Assembly: GCA_965652295.1 (NCBI GenBank)
Contig: CBFGTS010000005.1
Location: forward strand, 128,001 to 192,000
Source: an uncultured Haloferula sp.
Lineage (GTDB): Bacteria; Verrucomicrobiota; Verrucomicrobiia; Verrucomicrobiales; Akkermansiaceae
Direction: 5' to 3'
Length of the DNA stretch: 64,000 nucleotides
Shown: piece after piece, positions 37,953 to 46,799 of the stretch
Layout of the letters: each line of letters begins with the position of its first letter
Position numbering within the stretch: position 1 is the stretch's first letter
Made by a program: the position numbers and the translations under genes
Notes under the pieces: model-generated
Told to the model about the DNA's origin: nothing
Database searches by the model: none
What the model saw: the letters and a program-made list of their open reading frames with translations, nothing else

Positions 37953-40121
37953 ATGAGTGCCTCCAGCCCCACCCCAGAAAGCACCATCGATTCCGTGGAA
38001 ATCGACAACGCGATCTTTGCAACGGCGATGGAGATCACGGACCCGGCCCAGCGCGGCGAATTTCTTGATCGCATCTACCGGGACGATCCGGATGGTCGCA
38101 GCGGCATGGAGAAGCTCGTGGAAATGGCGGGCATTTCCTCCGCCTTCTTTCTCGAAGGCAGCATGGACAGGGCCGAACTGGCGCAACAGGTGATCGAACA
38201 GCTGCCCGACGAGGACTTCCAGGAGGCCGGGGAGGGCACTTCGCTGGAGGAGAAGGAGGGGACGAAGGTCGGTCGCTACACGCTCCTCCGCAAGATCGGC
38301 GAGGGAGGCTGCGGAGAAATCTTCGAGGCCGCGCAGGAAGGCATGATCCGCCCGGTGGCCCTCAAGATCATCCGCCGCGGCATGGACACGGACTCGGTCG
38401 TCTCGCGGTTCGAGGCGGAGCGGTGCGCCTTGGAGATCATGGATCACCCCAACATCGCGCGGGTGCAGGACGCGGGCCGAACGCCCACCGGTCGCCCCTA
38501 CTTCGTCATGGAGCTGGTCCGCGGCCCGACCATCACCACTTTCTGCGAAAACGAGCGTCTCGGAGTCCGGCAACGTCTCGAGCTCTTCCTCATGGTCTGT
38601 CAGGCGATCCAGCACGCGCACCAGAAGGGCATCGTCCACCGCGATATCAAACCGTCGAACATCCTCGTCGAGAGCCTCGACGGGACCTTCGTGCCCAAGG
38701 TGATCGACTTCGGCATCGCCAAGGCCATGCAGCCGAATCTTCCCGGCCGGGAAGAGGTCACCCACTTCGACCATTTCATGGGCACGCCGGCCTACATGAG
38801 CCCCGAGCAGGTCGATATGGGCGGCATGGATATCGACACCCGGGCGGACATCTACAGCCTGGGGGCGCTGCTCTACGAGTTGCTGGCGGGAGTGCCGCCC
38901 TTCGACAGCAAGATGCTGCTTTCCCACGGCGTCACGGAGATGCGCCGGATTCTGCTGGAGGAGACCCCGCCTCTTCCCTCCGAAGCGGCGCGGGCCCTCG
39001 GGGACAGATGGTCGGCTTCGGTCCGCGGCGATCTGGATTGGATCATCTTCAAGGCCATGGAGAAGGAGCGGAACCGCCGCTACCTCACGGTGAACAGTCT
39101 TTCCATGGACCTCCGCCGCTACCTGAAAAACGAGCCCGTTCTCGCCAGAAAGCCGAGCCGGCGGTACCTGATGTCCAAGTTTTTCCATCGCAACCGGCTG
39201 GCTTGCCTGCTGGGTGCGGCGGTGTTGCTTTCATTGATCGGCGGGCTCGGCACGGCCACGGTGATGTATCTGGGGGAAAAGGACGCGCTCGCCGAGCAGG
39301 CGAGGCTGAAACAGCAGGCTCAGGCGCGCGCCAACGTATCGCGGGCCGCCATTCTTCTGAGCGAAGGCAATGCGGAGGAGGCCGACCGCCTGCTGCGGAA
39401 AGACCCGCTGGAGTCGATCGATGCCTCCCCGGAGGCCGCCGAGGTCTTCCGCTCGCTCGGTCACTGGAACGCGGTGCTCGGGCGCTGGCAGCAGGCGGCG
39501 AATTGCTTCCGTCTGATGATCGAGGCCAACCGGCTGGGAGATCCGGATCGGGCGGTGGAGAAGATCGATTTCCTGATGACCGGACCGGCTCTGCTCGAGG
39601 CGGGTGACCGCGCCGGTTATCTCGAATTCCGCGACGAGGTGATGGATCGCTATCTGCCCGCGAAGAACTCGATGCAGGCCGAGCACCTGCTGAAGGTGTG
39701 TCTGCTTGTCCCCGTCGACCGCAAGACCGTCGACCGCCTCGAAACCACCGCCGAGGTGTGCCGGGCCCGGATTCCCACAAAGGAAGGGATGGATTCGTTC
39801 CCGGAATGGAATGCGCTTTCCCTCGCCTTCTTCCACTACCGGCGGGGCGAATTCCGCGAAGCGATCCGCGAAGCACAGACCTGTCTCGGCTTTCACGACC
39901 AGGCGGGCAGCCGGGCTTCGGCGGCGCGCTGCCTGCTTGCCATGTCGCACGACCGGTTGGGGGACCATGAAGAGGCGCGTCGCTTTCTCGACGAGGCCCG
40001 ATCCGCGCTGGAACAGGTCGAGTCGCTGATCGATGAGTCGGGGTTTCCTCCGATCGGCACTTGGTTTTCCTGGGCCACGACGCGGATTCTGATCCGTGAG
40101 GCCGAAGCCCAGATGCGCTAA
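37953..40121 (+). CDS. Membrane Ser/Thr protein kinase (Hanks type) with C-terminal helical/TPR-like domain
   Basis: GEGGCG, VALKII, HRDIKPSN, DFGIAK, GTPAYMSPEQ; TM LLGAAVLLSLIGGLG. Confidence 0.95.
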   Translation: MSASSPTPESTIDSVEIDNAIFATAMEITDPAQRGEFLDRIYRDDPDGRSGMEKLVEMAGISSAFFLEGSMDRAELAQQVIEQLPDEDFQEAGEGTSLEEKEGTKVGRYTLLRKIGEGGCGEIFEAAQEGMIRPVALKIIRRGMDTDSVVSRFEAERCALEIMDHPNIARVQDAGRTPTGRPYFVMELVRGPTITTFCENERLGVRQRLELFLMVCQAIQHAHQKGIVHRDIKPSNILVESLDGTFVPKVIDFGIAKAMQPNLPGREEVTHFDHFMGTPAYMSPEQVDMGGMDIDTRADIYSLGALLYELLAGVPPFDSKMLLSHGVTEMRRILLEETPPLPSEAARALGDRWSASVRGDLDWIIFKAMEKERNRRYLTVNSLSMDLRRYLKNEPVLARKPSRRYLMSKFFHRNRLACLLGAAVLLSLIGGLGTATVMYLGEKDALAEQARLKQQAQARANVSRAAILLSEGNAEEADRLLRKDPLESIDASPEAAEVFRSLGHWNAVLGRWQQAANCFRLMIEANRLGDPDRAVEKIDFLMTGPALLEAGDRAGYLEFRDEVMDRYLPAKNSMQAEHLLKVCLLVPVDRKTVDRLETTAEVCRARIPTKEGMDSFPEWNALSLAFFHYRRGEFREAIREAQTCLGFHDQAGSRASAARCLLAMSHDRLGDHEEARRFLDEARSALEQVESLIDESGFPPIGTWFSWATTRILIREAEAQMR

Positions 40122-40144
40122 AAGCACCTGCATCGGAAATTGGC

Positions 40145-40171
40145 TGTCGGGTTCCGACCGCCCGGCATCGC
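40145..40171 (+). promoter_or_regulatory. Putative ECF promoter TGTCGG-N18-CGC
   Basis: tgtcgg gttccgaccgcccggcat cgc, just after the kinase stop and about 76 nt before the ATG at 40247. Confidence 0.58.
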
Positions 40172-40246
40172 AATAGGAGGTCGGAGGCAGTCCGCATTCG
40201 CGTCCGCGCGATGCAGGGCTCTCCTGTCAACCCAACCAAACCCAAT

Positions 40247-42499
40247 ATGCAGATGACCCATTGGAATGCGGGGCGAGCCTTTTCGGCGTGCCTCTTCGCC
40301 GTCACCATGACCACAGCCCACGCGGACACGATCGTCCAGACCGTGGGAAACATCGATTGGAATGCCGCCATGTGGGGCACGCCCGCCGCGGCTCCGACTG
40401 CAGGAAATGACTATGTATCGGCCACGGGAGTTCAGGACGAGCGTTTCCGCATCAGCGCGGACGGCCTGTCTTCAACCTTCGGCGGCGACTCCCTCACCGT
40501 GGTTCCCGGCACCCGGGCGCTGATGAAAAACCAGAGCGGCGCGACCGCGACCATCAACGGTGACTTCATCCTCGACGGGGGGCGGCTTTCCTTCGGTCCC
40601 AATGGCGGCCCCCACACCGGCACGCTCGATGTAGTGAACTTCGTCGTCGGCGGCACCGGTTCCTTCATCGATCCCAGCAGTTCCGTCTCGGCCCTGACCA
40701 TCGATGGCATCCTCACCGGCAGCGGCGACCTCCTGATCACTCCGGAGAACGGCACCAACACGAAGACCGTCACTTTCACGGAGGTCGGGGACTACACCGG
40801 GAACCTGACCGTCAGCTCCACCATTCTGCTCGATTTCAATGTCGATCACGAATTCACCGGCAGCCTGACGCTGGACGGTTCGGCCATCCTCTATGTCGAT
40901 CAGACGCTGACCTTCCAGGCGGGAAATCTCGTGGCTGATGGCATCGTGATCCCGCCCGGCACCTACTCCGGTGCCTCGATCTTCGACCTCGGTCTCAATT
41001 TCGACGACGGCGGCGGAACCTTGATCGTGGAAGGTTCCTTTCCCGATGCCGATAACGACGGACTGCCCGATTTCTACGAGGATCAGATCATCGCTTTTGA
41101 TGACACCGACGATGTCGATGGCTACGAAGATATCGCCGGCCCGAACGACGCGCCCGCCACCACGGATTTCGATGGCGACGGCCGCACGGACACCGAGGAG
41201 TATGCGGACGGCGTCGCGGAAAACCAGACCGACCCGACCGATCCCGACGTTGACGACGACGGGCTCCTTGATGGGTCTGAGTTCGCCGGCACGGACAACA
41301 ATGGGACCCCGACGGGCTTCGGCGCGACGGACCCCTTCGACGCCGACAGCGACGACGACGGCTTCACCGATGGCATTGAGGTTCGCTATGGCTTCAATCC
41401 AAACGACGACACGGCGCTGCCCGGAGATGCCGCACCGATCGTCAATGGAGGCTTCGAAACACCGGCTCTTCCCGTTTTTGGCGAAGGCATCAGCGTCGAT
41501 GACGAATCCGTGCCCGGCTGGGAGACCACGGTGAACGACTTCTACGTCCTCGACTTTTTTGCCGCGACCGACGTCAACAATCCCGACAGTGCCAGCGAGG
41601 GATTCCAATTCGCCACTGCGGTTCGCGGGGCCCCCGAACCGGACGTGGACCCATCAGCCTACGTGGGTGGCGCCGACGCAACCATGGGCATGCGGCAGGA
41701 CGTGGATGTGAGCGCACTCGCCACTCAGATCGACGAGGGAGCCCGGACCTTTCTCCTGGATTTCGATTGGCGGGAAAACGACACCGCCGATATGGGAGTG
41801 GTCACGATCTCCTTCCTGGATGGATCGGGCACCGAGCTCGGCCGCCCATCGGTTTTTGAAACAAGCGGGGGCCTCCAGGCTTGGACTTCCACCCGCCAGG
41901 CAGCGTTCCCGCCGGTCGGCACACGCACCGTCCGTATCACCGCGGAGGCAATCAAAATCGGCACGGGAACTTCGACCGTGCGGAATGTTCACTTCGACGA
42001 CTTCAAGGGTCGGCTGGTGGACTTCGATGCCGACAATGACGAACTTCCCGATCCGTGGGAACTCCTCTACGGCCTTGATCCGGATGATGCCGGCGATGCC
42101 TCCATCAGCTCGGATGGCGACAGCCTCACCAATCTCGAGGAATTCGAGTTTGGCACCGATCCCTCGCTCGCCGATACGGATGGCGATGGTATCAACGACG
42201 ATGTCGAAATCGACAATGAGACCGATCCGCTCGATCCCGCATCGCCGGCCCAGGACGTCGAGGTGGTGGACATCATCACCACCACCAACGCAAGCGGCCA
42301 GGTGACCCAGGTGGAGGTCGTCTTCAGCGGGCTGAACGTCAATACGACGTACAGCCTGATGCGGGGCACCGATCTGATCACTTTCCCGGATGCCGTCGAC
42401 TCAGGGCTCCCCGAATCCGCGACCGATAGTTACTTCGATCTCACCCCGCTGCCGAGTGAGACGAGCGGCAAGGCGTTCTACCGACTGGAAGATCAATAG
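40247..42499 (+). CDS. Secreted surface protein with beta-strand-rich N-terminus, TSP3-like repeats, CBM-like NGGFE domain and C-terminal KAFYR domain
   Basis: Signal peptide; PTAGNDY...FGGDSLT; DxDxDG repeats; IVNGGFE; ends SGKAFYRLEDQ. Confidence 0.83.
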   Translation: MQMTHWNAGRAFSACLFAVTMTTAHADTIVQTVGNIDWNAAMWGTPAAAPTAGNDYVSATGVQDERFRISADGLSSTFGGDSLTVVPGTRALMKNQSGATATINGDFILDGGRLSFGPNGGPHTGTLDVVNFVVGGTGSFIDPSSSVSALTIDGILTGSGDLLITPENGTNTKTVTFTEVGDYTGNLTVSSTILLDFNVDHEFTGSLTLDGSAILYVDQTLTFQAGNLVADGIVIPPGTYSGASIFDLGLNFDDGGGTLIVEGSFPDADNDGLPDFYEDQIIAFDDTDDVDGYEDIAGPNDAPATTDFDGDGRTDTEEYADGVAENQTDPTDPDVDDDGLLDGSEFAGTDNNGTPTGFGATDPFDADSDDDGFTDGIEVRYGFNPNDDTALPGDAAPIVNGGFETPALPVFGEGISVDDESVPGWETTVNDFYVLDFFAATDVNNPDSASEGFQFATAVRGAPEPDVDPSAYVGGADATMGMRQDVDVSALATQIDEGARTFLLDFDWRENDTADMGVVTISFLDGSGTELGRPSVFETSGGLQAWTSTRQAAFPPVGTRTVRITAEAIKIGTGTSTVRNVHFDDFKGRLVDFDADNDELPDPWELLYGLDPDDAGDASISSDGDSLTNLEEFEFGTDPSLADTDGDGINDDVEIDNETDPLDPASPAQDVEVVDIITTTNASGQVTQVEVVFSGLNVNTTYSLMRGTDLITFPDAVDSGLPESATDSYFDLTPLPSETSGKAFYRLEDQ

Positions 42500-42517
42500 G
42501 CTTCACTTGATAAGGAC

Positions 42518-42556
42518 AAAGCCGCCGTCCCTCCCGGGGTCGGCGGCTTTTTTCTT
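42518..42556 (+). terminator. Rho-independent terminator, possibly bidirectional
   Basis: aaagccgccg...cggcggcttt stem followed by tttctt, between convergent genes. Confidence 0.78.
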
Positions 42557-42684
42557 CGAGAAGGGGTGGGACCGGGAAGAGGGAAGGGGACGGCACCATG
42601 TCCGCGCGGAGGCACAACCCGAACCTCCGCGCGGAGCCAGGATCCGGTGGGAAGCCACCGGAAAAAGAGGGGCCTCATGGATCT

Positions 42685-43488
42685 TCAGCGCCGCCGCCGA
42701 CGCGCTACGGCACCCAGTAGCAGCGGCAGTCCGAGCACCGGCACGGTCGGCTCCGGCACGCCGAGCGCGGCTCCCACGATGTTGTCGAGAAGCTGAACGC
42801 CGTTCGAAGTGAAGTTGCTGAAGTCCTCGGGCAAAGCGTAGAAATAGCGGGCATCCCCGAGGGTATTCCCGCTGCCCGTGGTACCGCCTGCCTCCCAGCT
42901 CGCCACGATCACGTTCTGGAAATTGATGTTGTTCCGCACGGCAATGGTCATGCCATCACCCATCACCGTGCCACCGTCCGGGATGTCCGAACTGGAGGAA
43001 AATGAATACTTCTCAAGTCCTGAGATGGCGGGATCGGCGATCGTGTTTCCAATAAGTCCGGAGAACAATGGGTGGACGGTGGCCGTTCCCGGAGGTGCCG
43101 AAAGGTCGTTCCCGTAGTCCACTTGGATGAGATCCGTATTCACATAGCTCCAGCGATTGTTGCGGGCGATGTAGGCGTTTCCGAGCACCACCGGTGTGGT
43201 CAGGGAATCCCACGCGGCGACTTCCAGAGTGCCATCCGCGTAGTTTCCGCTGTTCGTGTTGCGTGTCACGATGACGAGGTCCGCCGCGTTGAGCGTGGCG
43301 ACGTCGGCCGGATTCGATTCGATGGTGGCGTAGCCACCGGTCGCCACCGTGTGGCCGAGCGACTGCAGGTGGGAAACCAGGTCGCCGTCTCGCACGGCAT
43401 CGCCAGTGACCACCACGACGGAGGCGGCGGGAGCCGCGCCGGCGAGGCAGAGAGCGATGAGGAAGAAGGGGGTGGATGGGTTGATCAT
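42685..43488 (-). CDS. PEP-CTERM sorting-domain protein
   Basis: Signal peptide; ends VPEPTVPVLGLPLLLGAVARRRRR. Confidence 0.9.
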   Translation of the reverse strand: MINPSTPFFLIALCLAGAAPAASVVVVTGDAVRDGDLVSHLQSLGHTVATGGYATIESNPADVATLNAADLVIVTRNTNSGNYADGTLEVAAWDSLTTPVVLGNAYIARNNRWSYVNTDLIQVDYGNDLSAPPGTATVHPLFSGLIGNTIADPAISGLEKYSFSSSSDIPDGGTVMGDGMTIAVRNNINFQNVIVASWEAGGTTGSGNTLGDARYFYALPEDFSNFTSNGVQLLDNIVGAALGVPEPTVPVLGLPLLLGAVARRRRR

Positions 43489-43560
43489 GGGAATGGGTAG
43501 AGGTTGGGGTTGGGGTTGGCCGGGGTTTTCGCAAAAGTGAACCCCCTATCCCGTGTACTC

Positions 43561-43586
43561 GCGTCTTCCCGCCGCAAAACCCGACA
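43561..43586 (-). promoter_or_regulatory. Putative ECF promoter TGTCGG-N17-CGC
   Basis: Minus strand tgtcgg gttttgcggcgggaaga cgc, about 73 nt before the ATG at 43488. Confidence 0.6.
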
Positions 43587-43729
43587 GGGATTTTCATCAA
43601 CCCTCCGCGGCTCACCATGACGCCACGGCACAAGCAAGCCGGCCGCCCGGGGGTAACCCAAGAACCCCGAGCGACCGGCAACCCCGAAAAACCTTCGCGA
43701 TGGCCAAGGCGGACGTCATCAGCCCTGGC

Positions 43730-45151
43730 TCATAGTTGGTAAAACTGCTCCCACCCTTCCCGCGGCGGCACGCCCTTGAGGAGTTCGTTGGCGATCTTGT
43801 GATTCGTGATGCGCCGGGAGGCAGGATCGAACTCGAGCTTGGCGTTCACCCGCTGGGCGATGATGCCGAGTGCCATGGCCTGGCACAGCGGTCCGGCGAC
43901 CGCGAAGTTGGATCGGCACTTCTCTTCTCCCATCGCGGACTTCAGGAAATTCGCAGCGTGGTTGGACGGACTCGGGGGCACCTCGGGCAATTCGGACCGG
44001 ACGTCCTCCGCCCTTTCTCCACCGATGATCTCCAGCGTGGACGCGTGGGAGCCGCCCTTGAAGACCAACTCGTCGCCATAAATCACCTTGCCCGGTGCGT
44101 GGACCTTGGTGTCGATGCTGCCGGCCGAGGGCGGCGGAATGTTGGGGTCCACAACGGCTTTGCCGAAATTCCCGGGAAGGGGCGGAAGATTGCGCTGACC
44201 ATCGTACCAAGTCAGTTCCACCGGCGGCAGCGATCCCCGCTTGGGGAAACGGAAGGCCAGCGTGGAGGCCTGCGGGAAAATCAACGGACTGTAACCCTCC
44301 AGCGTGGGCTCGATCTCGGTCGGCAGGCCGAGCTCAAGAAACTCATGGGCGGTGTCGAAAATGTGCGCTCCCCAGTCACCCAGCGCTCCGTTCCCGAAGT
44401 CATACCAAGAACGCCACTCACCATTCATATACCCCTTGTTGTAGGCGTGGTCGCGCGCCGTCGAGAGCCAGCCATCCCAATCAAGGATCTCCGGCACCGG
44501 CTGTCCGGGAAAGTAATCATCCACCTTCATCCCATGCCAGCGGCGGGGATTGTTCATGAAGGCGGTGATGCGGTCCACGTTGCGGATGATTCCTTCGTCC
44601 ACCCATGTCTTGAACTGGAAGTAGTTGGCCTCGGAGTGCCCTTGATTGCCCATCTGACAGGCCACGCCGTATTTCTTCTCCCCCGCCATCATCAGCTCGA
44701 TCTGCAGGTAGCTGTGTGCCATGGGTTTCTCGACGTAGAGGTGCTTGCCAAGCGACATCGCCAACATCGACACGGGGAAGTGCGAGAAATCGGGCGTGGC
44801 CACGCAGACGGCATCGATCTTGTCCTCCATGGCATCGAACATCTTCCGGAAGTCCTGGAAGCGCGGCACGCCGGGGAACATCTTCAGGATGTGCTCGGTG
44901 TGCGGGGCTCCCATTTCCGTGTCGCACAGGGCCGTGATCTCGGCCAGGCCGGTCCGGTGGAGATCCTGAATGACATCCCGGCCCCGGTTGCCGATGCCCA
45001 CGCAGGCGAGACGGACTTTCTGCCGGCCGGGCGCGGCCAGCAGGATGTTCGGAAAACAAGCGCTCGCCGCCCCCGCGGAGAGGGCGCCTTTCAGAAACGA
45101 GCGGCGTTGGATGACCGCGGGCTTTGGAGTCATGGGAACGTGGGAATTCAT
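43730..45151 (-). CDS. Tat-exported Gfo/Idh/MocA family NAD-dependent oxidoreductase
   Basis: QRRSFLK Tat motif, CVGIGNRG, ATPDFSH, YVEKP, QMGNQ, GALGDWGAH. Start could be 45133. Confidence 0.92.
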   Translation of the reverse strand: MNSHVPMTPKPAVIQRRSFLKGALSAGAASACFPNILLAAPGRQKVRLACVGIGNRGRDVIQDLHRTGLAEITALCDTEMGAPHTEHILKMFPGVPRFQDFRKMFDAMEDKIDAVCVATPDFSHFPVSMLAMSLGKHLYVEKPMAHSYLQIELMMAGEKKYGVACQMGNQGHSEANYFQFKTWVDEGIIRNVDRITAFMNNPRRWHGMKVDDYFPGQPVPEILDWDGWLSTARDHAYNKGYMNGEWRSWYDFGNGALGDWGAHIFDTAHEFLELGLPTEIEPTLEGYSPLIFPQASTLAFRFPKRGSLPPVELTWYDGQRNLPPLPGNFGKAVVDPNIPPPSAGSIDTKVHAPGKVIYGDELVFKGGSHASTLEIIGGERAEDVRSELPEVPPSPSNHAANFLKSAMGEEKCRSNFAVAGPLCQAMALGIIAQRVNAKLEFDPASRRITNHKIANELLKGVPPREGWEQFYQL

Positions 45152-45186
45152 GGGTTCAGTAAAAAATCGCAGCGGAGGCATCAGGC

Positions 45187-45954
45187 TCAAGGGACCCGGA
45201 TCTTGATGTTGCGGAACGAGACGAGGTTCCCGTGGTCTTGCAAGAGGATGTGGCCATCCTTCCATTCGCCGAACTCGGGGATGTCCTTGTATTTGCTCCG
45301 GGCCACGAGGTCCCGGAAACCGGCGGAGCCCCGATCATATTCGAGAACCTTCTCGCCATTCAGCCAGTGCTCGATGCGGTCTGAAGTCGCCACGATGCGC
45401 GCGGTGTTCCACTCACCGATCGGATTCACCTTCTTCCCATCCTTGGCGGTCTTCAGGTCATAGAGCGACCCGATCGTGCGGTTCCCGTCACGCCCCATCT
45501 TGGCGTCCGGGTGGCGGACATCGTCGAGAATCTGGAACTCCAGCCCGATGGCGGACCCGACCGCGGTGGGGCGTCCGGTGTGGCGGTCGATCGGCTTCAG
45601 ATTGGGCTGCACGAAGTACTTGATCCCGCTGTTCGCTCCTGCGGTGATCTTGAAATCGACCATCAACTCGAACGCCTCGAAGCGCTCCTTCGAGATGATG
45701 TCACCGCCGCCGGTCGACTCTCCTCCGTCGGTTGGTAGCACGGAAAGCACGCCATCCTCGATCTTCCAACCGCTTGTCGGAAAGAATTCGGACTTCGGCG
45801 AGCGCCATCCGTCCGAGGTTTTTCCATCCCACAGCAAGCGCCAACCGTCTTGCTTTTCCGTCGCGGTCAGGGTGTTGGGAGGGGCGGGATCGGCCGCCAA
45901 TGCGGACAACAGGCTACCGAACAGGCCGAGGTGGAGCATCAGGAGGGCTTTCAT
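45187..45954 (-). CDS. DUF1080 (3-keto-disaccharide hydrolase family) protein
   Basis: GWRLLWDGKT, ANSGIKY, EFQILDD, GEWN, EHWLNG, GHILLQDHG...FRNIKIR. Confidence 0.92.
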   Translation of the reverse strand: MKALLMLHLGLFGSLLSALAADPAPPNTLTATEKQDGWRLLWDGKTSDGWRSPKSEFFPTSGWKIEDGVLSVLPTDGGESTGGGDIISKERFEAFELMVDFKITAGANSGIKYFVQPNLKPIDRHTGRPTAVGSAIGLEFQILDDVRHPDAKMGRDGNRTIGSLYDLKTAKDGKKVNPIGEWNTARIVATSDRIEHWLNGEKVLEYDRGSAGFRDLVARSKYKDIPEFGEWKDGHILLQDHGNLVSFRNIKIRVP

Positions 45955-46043
45955 GAATCAGGCGACAATGGATCTTTCGTAAGTTCGGGAGGGAGCCGGT
46001 AACCGGGACGTCCGGTGAAAAGCGTCACCCTCCTAAAAGGTAT

Positions 46044-46069
46044 TCGACTTCGGGACCTGTTTCCCGACA
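46044..46069 (-). promoter_or_regulatory. Putative ECF promoter TGTCGG-N17-CGA
   Basis: Minus strand tgtcgg gaaacaggtcccgaagt cga, about 90 nt before the ATG at 45954. Confidence 0.55.
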
Positions 46070-46205
46070 GCGAATTTCATGATGTCGCGGAAATCCTGTT
46101 CCCGATGACGGTCGCGTTCGCTGGACAAGAATCGCCTTCACGGTTCTCCACCCCGATGATACAGGCTCCTACTGGCGATGATGTCCGCCCCGGTGCAAAC
46201 CCACC

Positions 46206-46799
46206 TTGCCGGAACCCCTCCCCCAACCCTTGGACGAGCTTACGAAAATCCTTAAAACCTCCAGCGGGACCGGCAGTCTCGCCTCGGAGGAGCTGTTGCC
46301 GTTGGTTTACGACGAGCTCCGGAACTTCGCCAAACGGCTCATGTCGAAGGGCGCGCTTCAAGGCACCCTGCAAGCAACCGCCCTGGTCCACGAGGCCTGG
46401 ATCAAGCTTTCGAATCATGAGGGCCGGATCTGGTGCGACCGGACCCAGTTTTTCCGCACGGCGGCACAAGCCATGCGCCATATTCTGGTGGACCGCGCAC
46501 GAGCCAAGATGAGTCTCAAACGTGGATCGAACCCGGAACGGATCTCCTTCCAGGCGGAAGGGCTCGATATCGCGGAAACCTCACCCGACGAACGAGTGCT
46601 GATGGTCGACGAAATGCTGCATCGTTTGGAAGTCGAGGATCCGGAGAGCGCGCGGGTGATTTCCCTCAAGTTCTTCGGTGGCCTGACGAACAAGGAGCTG
46701 GCGGCAATCGACGGAGTGACGGAGCGAACCGTGGAACGGCAGTGGGCGTTTGCGAAATCCCGGCTCTACCGCTTCATCCGTGAGGAAACCGGAAGGTGA
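46206..46799 (+). CDS. ECF sigma factor, TIGR02999/kinase-associated type
   Basis: ELLPLVYDELR, TLQATALVHEAW, AAQAMRHILVDRAR, KFFGGLT...ERTVERQW. Start (TTG) uncertain, 46206 or 46230. Confidence 0.92.
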   Translation: MPEPLPQPLDELTKILKTSSGTGSLASEELLPLVYDELRNFAKRLMSKGALQGTLQATALVHEAWIKLSNHEGRIWCDRTQFFRTAAQAMRHILVDRARAKMSLKRGSNPERISFQAEGLDIAETSPDERVLMVDEMLHRLEVEDPESARVISLKFFGGLTNKELAAIDGVTERTVERQWAFAKSRLYRFIREETGR

